A stretch of 63,932 nucleotides of DNA, filler included, from Octopus bimaculoides (lineage: Eukaryota): assembly GCF_001194135.2 (NCBI RefSeq). It is 6 parts of 6 records of this genome, joined end to end, with 100 filler letters (N's around TTAATTAATTAA, not from the genome) between each part and the next. Parts side by side here need not be neighbours in the genome. Positions count along the whole stretch, not along the records: positions 62,794 to 63,932 come from NW_026363286.1; 5 more parts are not named here. The stretch is one strand, 5' to 3'. The translations under genes were made by a program, and so were the position numbers. Positions within the stretch are counted from its first letter, which is position 1. Every line of letters starts with the position of its first letter. The notes below the pieces were generated by a model. It did no database searches, had not been told where the DNA came from, and saw nothing but the letters and a program-made list of their open reading frames with translations. Below, in pieces: positions 63,091 through 63,932 of this stretch.

Positions 63091-63932
63091 ATGAATAAAA
63101 AAAAAATACCATTTTACACCAGACGTGTATACCCATGCCGTAACTTGTGATAATTGTAAACAGTTGCCACCACCATATAAGCAGTGTCTTCTGTGAAAAC
63201 ATGTCTACCCATGGCAGAATATCACCCTAGTTGGTAACAGGTGAGGATTGGTGGTAGGAATGGCATTTGGCTATAGAGAATCTTCCTTGACAAATCCTGT
63301 CCAACCCACATCAATGAATAAGTGGACATCAAAAACGATGTGGAATTGAATTGGTTATGAGTGGAGTCTGTTGTGAACTGTGACTCATCCGTTTTGCTCT
63401 ACCAGCATGAATCTTTTGCTAGTTTTTTAGTCATCAGACTTGCGGCCATGCTGGGGCACCGCCTTGAAATGGTAAGGAGTGTGGTTGGTTGCTATACTTG
63501 TGGAAACTGGCATATGCAGTGTGACAGTCAGCTGGGCTTGGAGACCAATGTGACATTGCTCAGACCAAGCTCTCGTCAAGTTCCATCAAGTACTACTTGA
63601 AGAGGGGAGGAAATATGAGAGAAAAAGAGACGGGGAGGGAAGCATAGGGGGGCATTGCTTCTCTAGATAATTCTGTTCTAAATGCCCAGCTGTATGTCTG
63701 TGCAACAAATGGGAATAAGACACTTGTGAGCACTTGGTCTTTGCTGTATCAATATAATTCAAGGTTGTATCTGCTGTAAAAAGTCTTTGGTGAGAAATGG
63801 GAGAGCGGCACTCGAGGGCCACTCGAGGGGCCACTTGAGGACACTTGTGTGTTTGGTGAGTCATTGTGTGTGTATATGTGGTGGTGATGGTGGTGGGGGG
63901 AGCATCCATCGTTTTCTTTGTTGTGTGTGGTT

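Noticed and set aside
57780-63932. ETS DNA-binding-domain exon
   Set aside because: No LWEFL or W..K....MNY-type motif found by eye in readable sequence; it may be in a gap or beyond the window.

Overview
AT-rich, microsatellite- and transposon-dense eukaryotic genomic DNA from a gapped draft assembly. The repeat families and (TA)n/(CA)n/(ATT)n density look like Octopus; this is an inference. Two host genes are supported, both on the + strand. (1) An intronless ORF at 6332-8944 (870 aa) encoding an 8-finger C2H2 zinc-finger protein with Ser/Gly/Asn/His/Gln low-complexity tracts. (2) A multi-exon SAM-Pointed (ETS-family-like) gene that the ORF track shows only in pieces: exons 38174-38576, 46375-46632 (PNT domain) and 57170 to at least 57660 (polyQ plus an AT-hook-like KKRPGRPK) join in frame through phase-1 GT-AG introns. 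No ETS DNA-binding domain is visible, so it is presumably downstream. The rest is decayed RTE, CR1/L2-like and L1/Tx1-like LINEs, three tRNA-SINE families, Tc1/mariner relics and several MITE/foldback elements. The most unusual observations are a near-intact minimal type-I hammerhead ribozyme motif (24924-24966) in a short repeated element, a second degenerate hammerhead (42950-43028) inside a ~860 bp foldback, a head-to-tail array of 7 SINEs in (ATT)n tracts, a head-to-head SINE pair, a 230 bp templated local copy, and a possible antisense-LINE cryptic exon. The N44-TTAATTAATTAA-N44 blocks are assembly spacers. All alignments and folds were done by eye and TE boundaries are approximate; no database search was run.
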